A stretch of DNA of 64,000 nucleotides from Moniliella sp. 'wahieum'. Taxonomy: Eukaryota. A program made the position numbers and the translations under genes. Below, one piece after another: positions 51,201 to 63,200 of the stretch. Below the pieces are notes generated by a model that was not told the DNA's origin, did not search any database, and saw only the letters and a program-made list of their open reading frames with translations. The stretch's first letter is position 1. Each line of letters begins with the position of its first letter. The DNA is taken from contig RSEE01000008.1 of the NCBI GenBank assembly GCA_003971905.1, forward strand, positions 620,001-684,000, in the 5' to 3' direction.

Positions 51201-52029
51201 CGCCCCCCCATTGCGCAAAGCCGCGATCCGACTGTTTTCCTCTGAACAGTTATTTCCCAGTGATTCGACCTGAGAAGCAAGCTCGTCAATCACTGCTAGC
51301 AGTTGCTGAGTATCTCCAAGAGCCCACGAGCCAGAGAGGTCCGCAAGCTTCTTTTCTCCCGTTCGACGCCTTATGCCAGCAACTTGCTCCCCTGGTCTCG
51401 GGCGCGATTTCTTAACTGGATAAGGAAGTTAGTTCCTGATCAAGCAGTCGAGCAAAACAAAACATACTGATGCCAGATCATGCTTGAGAGACTGGTAGAC
51501 ATCGGAAAACGCAGTTCGCATCTCTTGTGTAACGGCCGCGGGATCTGACCCAGCGACAGTAGGCAGTGAGGAATGATGAGGGGGAATAACGGATGAAGCA
51601 AAAAGGCGCACCAAATGGTGTAGACTTGTCCTTCTCCTCCGCCGCCATGTCAGCATTCAAGTCTGACTGGTTCTTCTTAGGAGTGTCTTCGTTTTGGCCA
51701 ATAATTTCAGTAGGAATACTCGGGCCAGCGAGACTGGAAGATTGCTTCGGACTAGGCGGTGAAGGCGCCGGAGAATCAGCCTTCGGACGCGTAGCCGGAT
51801 CAGAAGCGGTTACAGGAGATGGCGGTTTAGGTGTTGCCTTACTTGTCTCGCCCAGGCCACTGAAAGCAGGAGATGAAGATGCTTCTCCCCCATCTTCCTC
51901 CTTGGCAGTAGGGCGAGATTCCGTTGGCGGCGTCAAGACTGCCTTCGGTGCGGCCGGCCGCTTGTCAAGCCCCTGAGAATGTTGGGTTTTGCCTTTCTTT
52001 CCCTTCGAGTGCTTCCCGCCGGGCTTCAT
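48250..52029 (-). CDS. Protein with a Nup159/Nup146-like C-terminal coiled-coil region and a long low-complexity tail
   Basis: LEAKRIEAACFVQAQMDPEYAAQLRVRKIGAEQATAQVQLRKKM...LEDRLASL...PPLGAIPGTMRNI recalls the fungal Nup159 helical region. Intron-like segments near 51415-51470 and 51555-51620. The 722-aa ORF 48250..50418 continues on the same strand after an apparent frameshift. Confidence 0.5.
49360..49775 (-). repeat. 12-bp coding minisatellite (AKDQ/ANDQ/AKGK/EPKD tetrapeptide repeats)
   Basis: Plus-strand units such as ttggtccttagc and ttgatcattagc repeat in tandem. They translate as QAKDQANDQANDQ...KAKGKAKGK... Confidence 0.9.
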
Positions 52030-52252
52030 AGTCGGGCTTGATGGTGGTTGGGATGGAGAGAGAAGACGATGTTAGATCGTTGATCGTCGATCATTATTGG
52101 TGGGCAGAGCCGTTGTGGACACGCTGTCAATGCTTACGTACACCACTTGGGTAGCCGATCTCTAGGTAATAAAATAGGTTGGTTGCCCTGCACTTTTTAC
52201 ATCAGCTGCCCCGTGACACGTTCCCAGCCACCCGCAGCCAGAGTATCGGTGA

Positions 52253-52443
52253 TATTATTTGCCCTCTCCAGCGTGGAAGGGTTCCAGCGTGGAACGGTAG
52301 CGACGGTGGAACGGTGGCTAAGGTGGCGGAGAGGACCGGTGGCTAAGGTGGCGAAGGGGAACGGTGGCTAAGGTGGCGACGCAGCACCAAGCTGGGGCGA
52401 AGCCCCAGCCGACCGGGCCGTCGGCCCGGTGGTCCTCCTCGTT
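52253..52443 (+). mobile_element. Putative non-autonomous Helentron/HINE-like rolling-circle element
   Basis: 5' TATTATTT plus imperfect hairpin CCCTCTCCA-GCG-TGGAAGGG. Three CGGTGGCTAAGGTGGCG units at 25-bp period (52312, 52337, 52362). Two perfect 3' hairpins (52391-52409, 52412-52430) and terminal CTCGTT. Confidence 0.45.
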
Positions 52444-52629
52444 CTATTTGATGAAGGGGGAAGTCCGTGCGCACAGAAAATGGGACATCCACCCCCGCCC
52501 CACACTCATCACCCTCGTTCGTTTATCCTAACCACGGCCAGCATGAGCCTTGACTTCTTTGCGTCTTCTGATGTATTCATGTCATTTACAGGACTTGAGG
52601 CTGGGACCAAGAAACGCTGCACCTGTCAG

Positions 52630-52812
52630 TGTCATAGTTTGGCTGATCTCGCTCCCACATTTCCAATTTCTTCGTCCACGAGCGTCTCGTTCCTTCCCTG
52701 TTCTTCCGCTTCGCCCCACGTCCTCTGCTGTTGCTTCTACCCCACGAACTATTTCTACAACCCTTGCCTGGTCCCGACTCTGGTCACCCTCGCCTTAGCC
52801 CCGACTGTGACA
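52630..52812. mobile_element. 183-bp solo LTR / TRIM-like element, copy 2
   Basis: TGTCA...TGACA termini, TSD GTCAG/ATCAG (one mismatch). Reverse-complement homolog of 31095..31277. Confidence 0.85.
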
Positions 52813-53094
52813 ATCAGGTTCGTTCATTGAGTTCATCGGGCGAATAAACCGCAAACAAGGCCATGCATCCCTATTGGCCTTCCCTTCATCGATCCTCAGT
52901 CCCTCTTCATCCTCTCAGTAGTACTAAGCACAGGGACGTTCACGACATAAAATGCCCGACCACCACTCATCAACATACATTCAAACTTGATTCGCCACTG
53001 TGTATATACGCCCACGCAACCTCATCACTCACAACCATCCCCCGCTTCAGTGTTCTCCCCCTCCTTTGTTAATGTCGTTGATGGTGTCCAACCC

Positions 53095-56000
53095 TCAGGG
53101 TATCCAACCCCCCAATCTCAACTGAGCTGTTATTCTCGACAGCCTAGAGAAGATAGGCAAGTCTCCTCTCCATTCCTGCGCGGCAGGAGACAGATTCGTG
53201 CTAATCTGGTGTCCAGCGCCCCCCAGAAGCACCTCCTTCTTTATAGGCACTGAAGCCGGTTGTGCATGTTGTCGGCTTTCGATTCTTGGAGTGACACCAA
53301 AATGTGCTTTCTCCATGTCCGAAGGCTGGAGCAATGCCACTGCCTCCTCATCTTCTTTGGACACGGAAGGGGAAGAGGAAGAGGAACTGAACGGGTCCTC
53401 CGTGTGAGAAGAGAGGGAGGGCAAGGTTGTCCCCTCCGATCTTTGGTTTTCCTCAGGATCATTGACCCTGAGCGCACCTCCTCATCCCCAAGACGGAGGC
53501 ACTTTGTTGCAGTGGAACTGGAGTTGATGATGCGTTCACTGGAGGAAAGGCATCCAGCGGAAGTAAAGGAGTGATATTTTTCCCCTCCACCTCTTCATCC
53601 ACGGGAATCTTCGGTGGGTTGTACGTGGCAGGTCGATCCCAGCTTTCCTGAATCAATCCATGGCTATTACCCCCGAGGTAGCTGTCCGTTCGCCGACGGT
53701 AGAATAAGAGGTAAGCAGCGGGAGTCTTGATCGCATCTGTAACCATGATGGGGGTGACTGTGTCATCATTAAACTGGTACCACTTTCCCCCTTCAGCGGG
53801 TCTTGCAAAAGCAGTATAATGGCCACCCCATTGCAATCCATAATGGTTAACCACCGCATACAAGTCATACACGCATCCTTCCTTAGTGTCCCGCACAGAC
53901 AAAGGGGCGTGCCCATATGCCCCCAAGTCCAATTCGTAGGGGAAGTCCACCAAATCGTCCAATTTGCAACTCGGAGAGACGGCTGAAAGCGTTTAAGGTG
54001 AATGACAAGAACGTCGGGCAACTTCCACAACTGGATTTGCTTGGTGGCTCTTCGACGGCGCTCGCAATTGGTGCAATACCAAAGGTCTCCTTCTCCCAGC
54101 TGTTCAGTCCGGGTAAACTCATCTAAACAGTCCCGAAGCGTCAGGCCCTGCTTCTTTTTCTTCCCCTGTGGCAGAAGAGATATCTTCTGTTCCTTCTGGT
54201 CCTTTTGAGACATTTTCTTGGTTCCCTCATGTGGAAGAGACTCGTCCGACTTGCGCTGTGTTGACTCCTTGTTCTGCAAATTTTCTTTTCCCCCCGTAGG
54301 CCGAGAGTTTTGGACCTCGAACATTCCTGTGCTTGCCCCCTCGGACCATACACACGCAATCCCTGCCCACGAAGAGATGAATGAAGTGGGAGGCCTTTCC
54401 CCTGATGGTTCACCAGGCCTGTTGGAGTGCTCGTCGCGCTCAGAGAGTAGCCGCTCAGCCCGGATTTTAAAGCTCTCGTGGTTTAATCCACCAACTGAAC
54501 GAGGGAGTTCTCCCTCGCCCTCGAAATATAAATACTCTCTTGTACCGAGGAGACGTGGTGTTGCCTTCTCTGCAAATAGCGAGGCAGTAGTAGACCCGGG
54601 GACTTCATCCCCACTTGACGGATGATCGAGAAGGGAAGAGTACGGCCCACAATAATATTGCTTGGTGTAACGCATCTCCACCCGACGGCGGACCCCATCC
54701 GGTTTATCCCGCAAAGCGGCCGGCACAGTAACGAGAAACGGGATGCCAAAAGCCTCATATCCATCTCCCTTTCGCTGGAAGCTGAACACAGGTACAACGA
54801 CACCGCATTGCCCCTTCCTTTCTGGGCCCAACATGTGCCGATCCACTTTCCAAGGCAGCAAGTACGCGACAAGGACGTCTTGGCCTTCTCCCAGTTCGGC
54901 GACGGGATCCCAGTCGTTGCACCAGTGTTGGATAACATGATCGCGGACCAAGGCGAGGACAAGACGATCAACAACGAGAACGTGACAAGCAGTAGCAACG
55001 CGTTCCTTGACATGAACCAGAATGCTATCTCGGCGCACCTCGATGGGCAGCCACCAGGCTCGGTTGTGGTAGGGGATTACCAACACGTTGGCGCTCCAGG
55101 TGCGGTGTGTCGGAACAGGCAGAGTGAGATACATAAAGGGGTCAAAAGTGAGGGACTCCCTCTTGCACGTAGAGCAAACCAAAGTAGACTGGAACTGGCC
55201 CTGGAAAAGATCCACAATGATACTGTCGTTTCTGCCTTTGTAGAGATCCCAATGGGCCTGGGCAAATGCAGCTCGTGCTTCGTCGTTACCACCTTTCCAC
55301 TCGGGGAGAGAGGAGGATGGCTTGACCCGCGCGCGATTTAGGTCCTCGTGTAGTGCATCCAGCAGGAAGGCGAGCAATTCCTGGCTATCTTGCTGCTCAA
55401 AACCAGCAAACTGCGATCCCAGCGCCGCAAGTGAGTTTTTGAACTCCTTTGGGTTGACAGAATTTTTGGAGTATGCAACTCCATCGTTCTTGCTCTTCCG
55501 GTTTGGATCCCACATGGCCTTCAGAAGCCGTTGAAACGCTAGGGCCAGTTTTCCTCCAGATCCCAGCGGGTTGTGGCGATTAAGTTCCTGGGACACGATG
55601 GGCGCCATAAAGTAGGCTTGCATCTCACGCGTATGAGAAAGACATTGGATGGCACTGTTCATATAGCAGGTGTTGCCCAAGTTGTCCAACCCCACCACAC
55701 CCGGTACAACGGTGTTGGGGGCCAGCCTGGGTTTCCCCTCTTCAGAACATAAATAGTATCCTTCAGGCGTGTATTAGGGTAGGCAGGGGTGGGAATAGCT
55801 TGCTCTACTGCCTTGACAGTGGCGGAAGGCAACGTGAGAGGGCTCGTATGAGTTGCGAAAGAGGGCTTGGGGTTCATTTTTCTCTCGGACTCTACTAGAG
55901 ACGGGGAGGACGATGAAAGCCTGGGCTCATCTTTCCCATTGGTGCTTTTCACTCTTTTTTCCAACTTATTCTCCTTCTTGACGTTCAAATCCTCCCGCTG

Positions 56001-57092
56001 GCGCTCCCATTTCGCCCACTTACTGGTAGAATAGGTCCGATTTTCAACAGGGAGTAACTCTGTCCCAGCCCTAGGATATGGATGAAATCTGGTGCCAGGT
56101 AACTTGCTGTAAATGGGATTGCGTTCTTGTCGCTCCAGTTGCGCGGGTACGGGGTCGGCGAGTTCTTCCACTCCCAACACATGGAGGGGCAGGGAACACT
56201 CTCCGATCATTGGATCTACTTTATCCATCTCGATGGTCTCCCACAGAGAACCAGTTGACGCAATTAGCGCGAGGCTTATATCCGAAGGGATGATACCAAA
56301 TCGGGGACATAAGCTTGGGGGAGACGGGCAAGGCGAAGAGATTTGGAAGAAAGGTTGAGTCCAGCTTGGGCTTGAGCCATTACGACGCTCAATCGGGTGT
56401 CGTGGGAAGGGTAGAGCGTCACTTTTGTGACTGCATTTGGTGGGGGTTGGAAAGAGCCGATTCGGACAACCCAAATGTCCACGGGGTAGAGGTCAATGCT
56501 TAGATTTCCACGGGGGGGTGCGGCTACAACGACGCCGGGGAAAGCGGTCCGTCGACCTTATAATCTGAGCTAGAATAGGAAACAAATCAGGCAGGCAACG
56601 GTTAGTCTCGCGCTGTTTTGGGTATTGTATAGAGTGAAGACGGGAGGACTACTCCTAAACGACGAATATACGTACCCATTTGCTAGAGAGAGCCAGATGT
56701 TTTCGGGGACTGTGAAGAATTCCTCTTCACGCAAATTCCGGCGGAGATGAGAGAACCGTCTGGTCCGGTGGACCAGCAGCAAGGCGCCATGTTTGGATAT
56801 GCCCACTTTCAAAGTACTTAGGAAGCACGTACCATGTCTCCCCCAGTCCAAACGGAATGTTATAGCAGAGGGCACATAAGAATTCCTCAAAAATGGCGGT
56901 AAAGGGAGGCCAGAAACTTTCCCTCCTAGAGTTAAAAAAGCAGGAGGCGACGGAGTGGGACGGTAGTAACGGGCTCGAGCGACGAACTGGGTCGGACTGC
57001 TCTTCAGGAAGAAGGATTGGGGGCGGGAGCGGGGACGAGCTGCGAAGTCGTTTGGGTGGCATGGTCTCGTGGAGAGAGAACATGTTGCCCAT
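53095..57092 (-). CDS. Ubiquitin C-terminal hydrolase (USP), DUSP-USP4/15/Ubp12-like
   Basis: DUSP-like GETWYVLP and FFTVPENIW; Cys box GLDNLGNTCYMNSAIQCL; QQDSQELLAFLLDALHEDLNR; FDPFMYLTLP; WYCTNC..RRATK; LPDVLVIHLKRF; His box YDLYAVVNHYG..GGHYTA, WYQFND, AYLLFYRRR. Ends approximate. Confidence 0.92.
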
Positions 57093-58185
57093 TTTTAGTG
57101 TTCAAGTCACACTGCAGCCACCGAAAGAAAAGCCGTAAGGTGTGGAGGAACGGGAAATGTGGGAGGTGGGGGTGTCGGAGGTGGAGGTGGGTTTAGGTGG
57201 AGGTGGCGGGCATCTATATCGCCTTTCTTTCTCTATGCGACGATGCCACATGACGTGGCCACTGTTGTTCGTGAAAGAGAGGTGCGACAGGGTGTGTATG
57301 TGGTCAAAACCCGACGCACAAACCCCCAAGAATTTGTGTACCTCACCCCAAACGTGAGTAGACTTCCACATTTGCGTTGTGCACAGTATGACCCTAACCC
57401 CGCGCGGTACCCACAGACCACCTATATGCCAGTGATTATACTAGTCACGTATATGAGTGCTACTCTATGTAGTAGTCACTACTACCTAGTCTATTATAAC
57501 GCGCTACTACTATACACCTCATTAGTAGTAGTATCTCTCTAGTTCCCTTCTATACTGTCGAGCAAGATACAAAAATCCACTGTACAGGGAAGACGCGCAA
57601 AAGGGATGAGGTCGATGAGGTGTAGAAGCATAGGCAAGAGCAAGAGAAGCAAGTTAAAAAACAGAAGGGGTAACAATGAGTAGTACGAGAGATTGCGAAA
57701 GAAAGCATGGACAAAGCATAGAGTATAGGGGAAGAGCACTCGGATTACGCATTCGAGACGATCCCAATGTCGCCTTCATTACAGAAGCCATTCAAGCTTC
57801 GACTGAGGCCGAAACATGTACTGTTGTAACAAAACTGAACATAGTGGCGGAAGAGCGAGAGAGTTGGCACAATCGGCGGCGTTGACAACAAGCTCTCAGC
57901 TCAGGCCTGCTGTGTCTCTTCGGTCCAGGGCCTGCTGCTGCGGGCCTGATGCTGGATCCAAGCTGATACATCGCCCGAGGGGCGGTACCGGCGACCGTAC
58001 CCACTCCCTTCGCCATCAGGACGGGAACGGCGCCGGGCAAGTTTGCGTGTCTCGCCTTCTACCACACCTGCCAGGCTCGACCCTGGGCGGCGTAGGCTGC
58101 CCTCGGGGTAAAGGGTGGCGGGAGCGTAAGGGTCATACTCGTCGTGGGAGGGCGCCTTGCGCTTGTTGGAGGGGAGCGGATCACT

Positions 58186-59734
58186 TCACCATACAATGGT
58201 TCCGTGGCCTCGTATGGATCCAGGTTCAGGTTGGCCACATGGGACGAGACGGACTCCAGAACTAGAGCGGCGCTGGCCCGCGCGTGGCTCTGTGCCAGCG
58301 GGGTCTGACTCGGAGCAAAGGAAAGGGGCGCTGGGTCCCCTTGGCCGAAGGCTCACTTGGGGCGGAAGTGACAGTGGCGACATCGGTCGCAATGGAATGC
58401 GGGTTTTCCGAGGACGGAACGGAACGAAGCGGATCCGGTTCCTCTTCTTCGTTGCGGACCTTACCGTATTGTCCCCACCAGCCAGAGGCATACGATGTCC
58501 CTTGTTCCTTTGTCTGGCGGAGGGTGGGGAGAGCCTGCAGCCGCACCGGCTCCCCCTCCAATGGCACAGCACGGCGAATCGGGCTCCTTGGGCGCGGTCC
58601 AACGGGTCCTATCCGTGCCTGATTCGATCCACGGGACCCTGTCGAGGGTGTGTCGTAGCTGAGGGAATAGTAGCTCCAGACCTGGTCCGCATCAAATCTC
58701 CTCCCCTGGTGGTGGATGTGGACTTCATGCGCACGTGCCCGTTTTGCTTCCGAGAAGAAAACTCCTGCATTGACATCTTTTCTCGTGGGCGGGTAAATGC
58801 ACCAGGCCGCGGGCGTGGTCCTTGGGTGCGTCCTTGCCGCACTGGACGCTCAGGGGAAGGCGGGCGGTGCTGGTACATTCCGCCCTTTTCAGGAGAAGCG
58901 TTGAGCACCAGTGGCGCATCCTCCTCCAAGTCAGGACGGTAATCTTCCTCCAGAGGAGCTTGGGGGCGTGAGGTAGAGGTGAAGCGGAGAAGACATATGG
59001 TTTGCTATCCAATTTGGAGGGGGGTAGCGGGGGCATATCTCCATACCCTTCCAGCTCAGGCTGGGTGAACTGTGGTGGCGCGGGGTCGCTAAACGGGTTG
59101 GAGAATGGGTCATTCTGTGGCACGGGAGGAAAGTAGGTTGGCTCGGCCAACCCAGAGTGGTGGGCTTGCTGGGCGGCATAGGCCAGTGCCGAGTTGGCAT
59201 GTTTGGGCGCTTTCTTAATGATCAAGGGAACAGTTCCTTCGGAGACCATTTCCACGGGTTCTACTGGCGAGACGGGGCGGCCGTAGCGATCTCCGGAGAC
59301 AAAGGGATCAATGGCGGCGCGGTTGCTGAAGGGGTCGTCGGCCCTGTGGGCCAGGGAGCCAAAGACAGCCGCGGCCGAGGAGGGATAGGTGGGGTCGTCG
59401 TCTGTGAGCATGGCTCGGTGTGTGGGGCCCGGGCCCCGATGGCCACGTAAGACGGTGTTCTTCTCTGCTTGAGAGCGGACGTGCTGAGTTGCGGAAGAGC
59501 CTGGGCGGCGGCGACAGAGGTAGATGAGGCCAGCCATGAGTGCGACCCATGCAATGGCGCCAAAGAGGAGAAGAGCGGGGTGGTGAAGAGGATGTGGCCA
59601 TTGCCATAGACAATGCCCTCGGGGAAGTCGCCTGGGTTGGCTGCGGCGAGGTCCGTGACAACCTCGGACGCCTTGATGGATCTGGGGGCGAGTGCCTGGG
59701 AGGCCGCGTGGGCGAGGGAGCGGGTGGGGGGCAT
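58186..59734 (-). CDS. Hypothetical single-pass membrane protein with long Pro/Arg-rich tail
   Basis: MPPTRSLAHAASQ...PGDFPEGIVYGNG, then a hydrophobic stretch ending LMAGLIYLC followed by RRR. Continues via frameshifted ORFs 58725..59537, 58609..58929 and 58186..58602. Confidence 0.5.
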
Positions 59735-60295
59735 TCTGGTGGCGCCCGGGGCGGTGCAGCGTCGAGGCGTGGCAGCGGACGAGGGGTGTGGGCGGGAGTG
59801 GCGGGCAGGCAGCGGGGGTGCTGGGCTATAGCGGGCCGGCGTGCGGCGAGGCAGGATTGTGCACTGAACATCTATCTGCGCAGCCATCCTGCTCGCCCCG
59901 CCTCAGCTCGCACGCAGGGCCAGTGTGGGTGCTGGCGGCTCAAACCATGCGAGGTGCGGCGCCGGGCGTCGACAGCCAGCATCCACTCCAGTCGTTGAAT
60001 GTTCAAAACGGGCATCGATTGAACCTTCAAAGGGCTAGAGTTTCAAGTTTACCTGGTAACATCGCACGAACGCCAGCGCTGAGTCTGAACGCTGACTTCA
60101 ACCTTCACCCGAGGATGCTGGTGCGTGTCCGTCGGGCACCCCCCTGTCCCGCAATCTGAGTAGGCTATTGGATCCCTCTCGGCGCCATTCTGCGTGGACT
60201 GAGGCTTGAACACTTCTTTCCGCTACTCATCTCTTTCTCCTTTGGGGCTACAAGCCCACGTTGCGAAAAGAGGCTGATGAAACATCATGATGGGC

Positions 60296-63200
60296 TTATG
60301 ATTTCCACACTGGCAGGTGTCCGTGTTCTCTTTTCATCCGTCTAGCCTGGAAAACATACCAGAGGTGCAAAAATGCGAAGCAGCAGTATATGAGTGGTAG
60401 TGAATCCGGTGAAGGGTGGTATGCAGTGCTTGGGCGACAAGGAGGGAGACTACGGAGAGTGGGGGAGGGCGGGGTAGGGGGTCGCTGTCGCCGAGTGCGG
60501 GATGCTCCGTTTGGGGCATGGGGAAGGTGGAGGCGTGTACGGGGTATGCAGGCGGCTGAGGCTGAGCAGGTTGTGGACTCTGCCCATGTCGTTGGAACGG
60601 GCGCCAGAAAGCGCACTGCCCGAGGGAGCGCGCTGCATGCTGCTTGTTGCCCCAAGCGCGAGATCTCCATCGAGGTCAGAATCGGAGCTGGCGGACAAGT
60701 ACCGGCCAGCTCTCTATCGGGGGATTTGGGCTCGGCAGTTCTCCCCGCGCTGAGCCTTGGCCGCACAGAAGCGGCTTGCTTGCGCACCTTGTCTCGCAGC
60801 GCTAGGCGCTTGGCGACATTTCTGGGGCGATGCCGAAGGAAGCCCTTAAGGATTGTGGTGCGCTGGCTCCAAGCAGCAGCTAGAATCCAATGTCAGCACC
60901 AGTGCGTCAGAACAGGGGCAAGGGCATGAGACAAACCTTTCTTGAACGCATCCATGACAGCCTCCAATGTGCCTGTGGTTTGTCTCAGTTCCAGGGGGGG
61001 CGTCTCGACGACCGAGTCGTAGAGGTTGACCAGTTTGTTGTCCCCGCGATAGGAGAGGCAAACAAGCGTTTTGGGAATGCGAACATACACAAACGTGCGA
61101 TTCCGTGCTGCCCGCTCCCGCATCACCGATGCAATCTGCATCGTGGTCAGATCCACATCGTCCATTCGGTCAAAGTCGGGGTGCGACTTGCCCGCAGTCT
61201 TGTTCTGCCCTCGCTCTAAGCTCAACGATACAGTGGAGGCATCGCGGTCGTTGCTGCCCGGACGGAGCCGTGCTGCCTCTCGCGTAGGGCTTGACCCCTC
61301 CTGTGTGGGACTGCTGCCGCGACCACCCGAAAACTTGAACACTCCCGAGCGTGTGGAACCACGATCCGCACGGGCCTGAGAATCCGAGTCACGTTGGCTC
61401 GCAGAGTTGGGAGAGGGGGTCAATATGTGTCCGGCCACCCTCAGGCGCTTTTTCTCGTCCAACTCATCCCCTTTTTTGTGGCGCGATGGAAAGACGTATT
61501 CAGCAATCTCTTTGCCGATCGACATCTCTAATTGGACATTCAGCGGGTGGATATCCACTTCAAATCGATCCACAATGTCGATCCCACCGACGGGAGCTAA
61601 CACTTGCCAAACGGCCTCGATGAACCGTTTGTTCTCAGCCATGTAGTGGCCGTTGGCCTCCTTGTACTTGCTAAAGATGAGGGGGAAGATTGCATCCGGC
61701 CGCACGTCCCGTGCCTCGACGTCACAGATCGACAGGGCATTGGCGATGGAACTGTCAGTCTTGCTAACCCATGTGAAGCTGGTGCCATGGACGTGAAGTT
61801 CGGCTAAATGTTCGGCTTCCAGCTCTGTTCGGCGGAAGGCGAGACGGGACTTGGCGGCGGTACGGAGCATGGTCCAGACAATCTGCTCTGCGTTGGCCTC
61901 GAGACGCAACGCACGCTTTTTGTCGGAGTCCTGGCCCGCTTGCTGGTCCTGAGCGGTTTTGATAGCGCTCATGAAAAGAGCCAACTCATCAATCAGGTCA
62001 CGTAAGTGAGACGTGCACTCCCCCGCGTCAAGCCGGCCCTGCTCATTCAGAAATGTGTAACTGGCCTCGTAGTCTTCGTGGAGGTGGGAAGCTGCCCAAA
62101 TTTTTCTTGTAATGACGATACAACGCGGGTCAAGTTGTGCGAATCGGTAAAGTCAAAGGCCAATAGCAAGGTTTTGAGACGCTCTTGGCGCTGCTTGTAA
62201 GCGGGATCACTGTACAAGAGCAATTTGGTTGCACTGTAGATCGCTCCAAACTGGTCCGCATCGGCAACCACTTTTAGCGGGGCGCGGTTACACGGACCAA
62301 ATTCGTCTGGTGAATTAGATGTTCTTGATCCTTTGGGACTTGCATCGGCGTCACAGCCGTATCCTCGTTAGCCAGACGAAGTGGATTGAAATGATCGTAC
62401 TGCACCATGGGCGCAAAATGGGAGCTAAGCTGGTGAAAGCCTTCCCAGACGGTTTGATGTTCCTCCTGGTCGAACGGGTCTAGAAGCGCCTCGATCGGAA
62501 GCACACGGGTGCATCGGCCTTGGCAACCCATAACTTGACACTGTCCGCAATGAAGAAGGTTCTGTTGAGAACGTGAGAGTTGATCTCGTGATCTAATGCC
62601 ATGGGGTCGTGGACGCTGAAGGTGGTAAGACGCAAGCGCACGGCTGTAAGTACGACGGAAGAGGCCCTGTCCAGATCGCTGCGAAGAATGATCTGCGGAC
62701 GCAAGATGGCGCAGACAGTACTCTTGCGTATCTCAAGCTCGGGAAGGATTCCACGATATGGATCGACTATCAACGACGGAGCAAGTGGAGGGGTGCCTTT
62801 TTCCTCCGTCGTAGTCGCTCCTGCGGAATCGAAGAGACGAATCGTGTCATCCAAGAGGGCGCGAAGCATTTCCGCTCCTCCCCCAGGAGCAGCACTGGTA
62901 TCGGGTTTCTGCCCCAAACGCAAATCTTGGATACTTTTGAGGGCAGCTGCTCGGAGAAAATGAGCCTGAGCCCGACGCATACCTCTGGAAACGTAGTACC
63001 GGAGGAGGATGTTCCTTGTACTCTCCGTCCAGAACAAAATGGGGCAATGCACCACATAACGATTGGAAAAGCGTTCCCAATGCCCATGAAGCTCGCTCAG
63101 CTCTCGTCGACGAGCCACCGTTTCGTCCGGTACATACGTCGGAACGGTCCACAACCCATCCGAATGGACTTTGCTCTTCGTGCGGAGAAGATCATCCGGA

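Noticed and set aside
52312..52378. Repeat-spacer-repeat pattern resembling a mini CRISPR array
   Set aside because: 17-bp repeats with 8-bp similar spacers, only three units, eukaryotic context and no cas genes.
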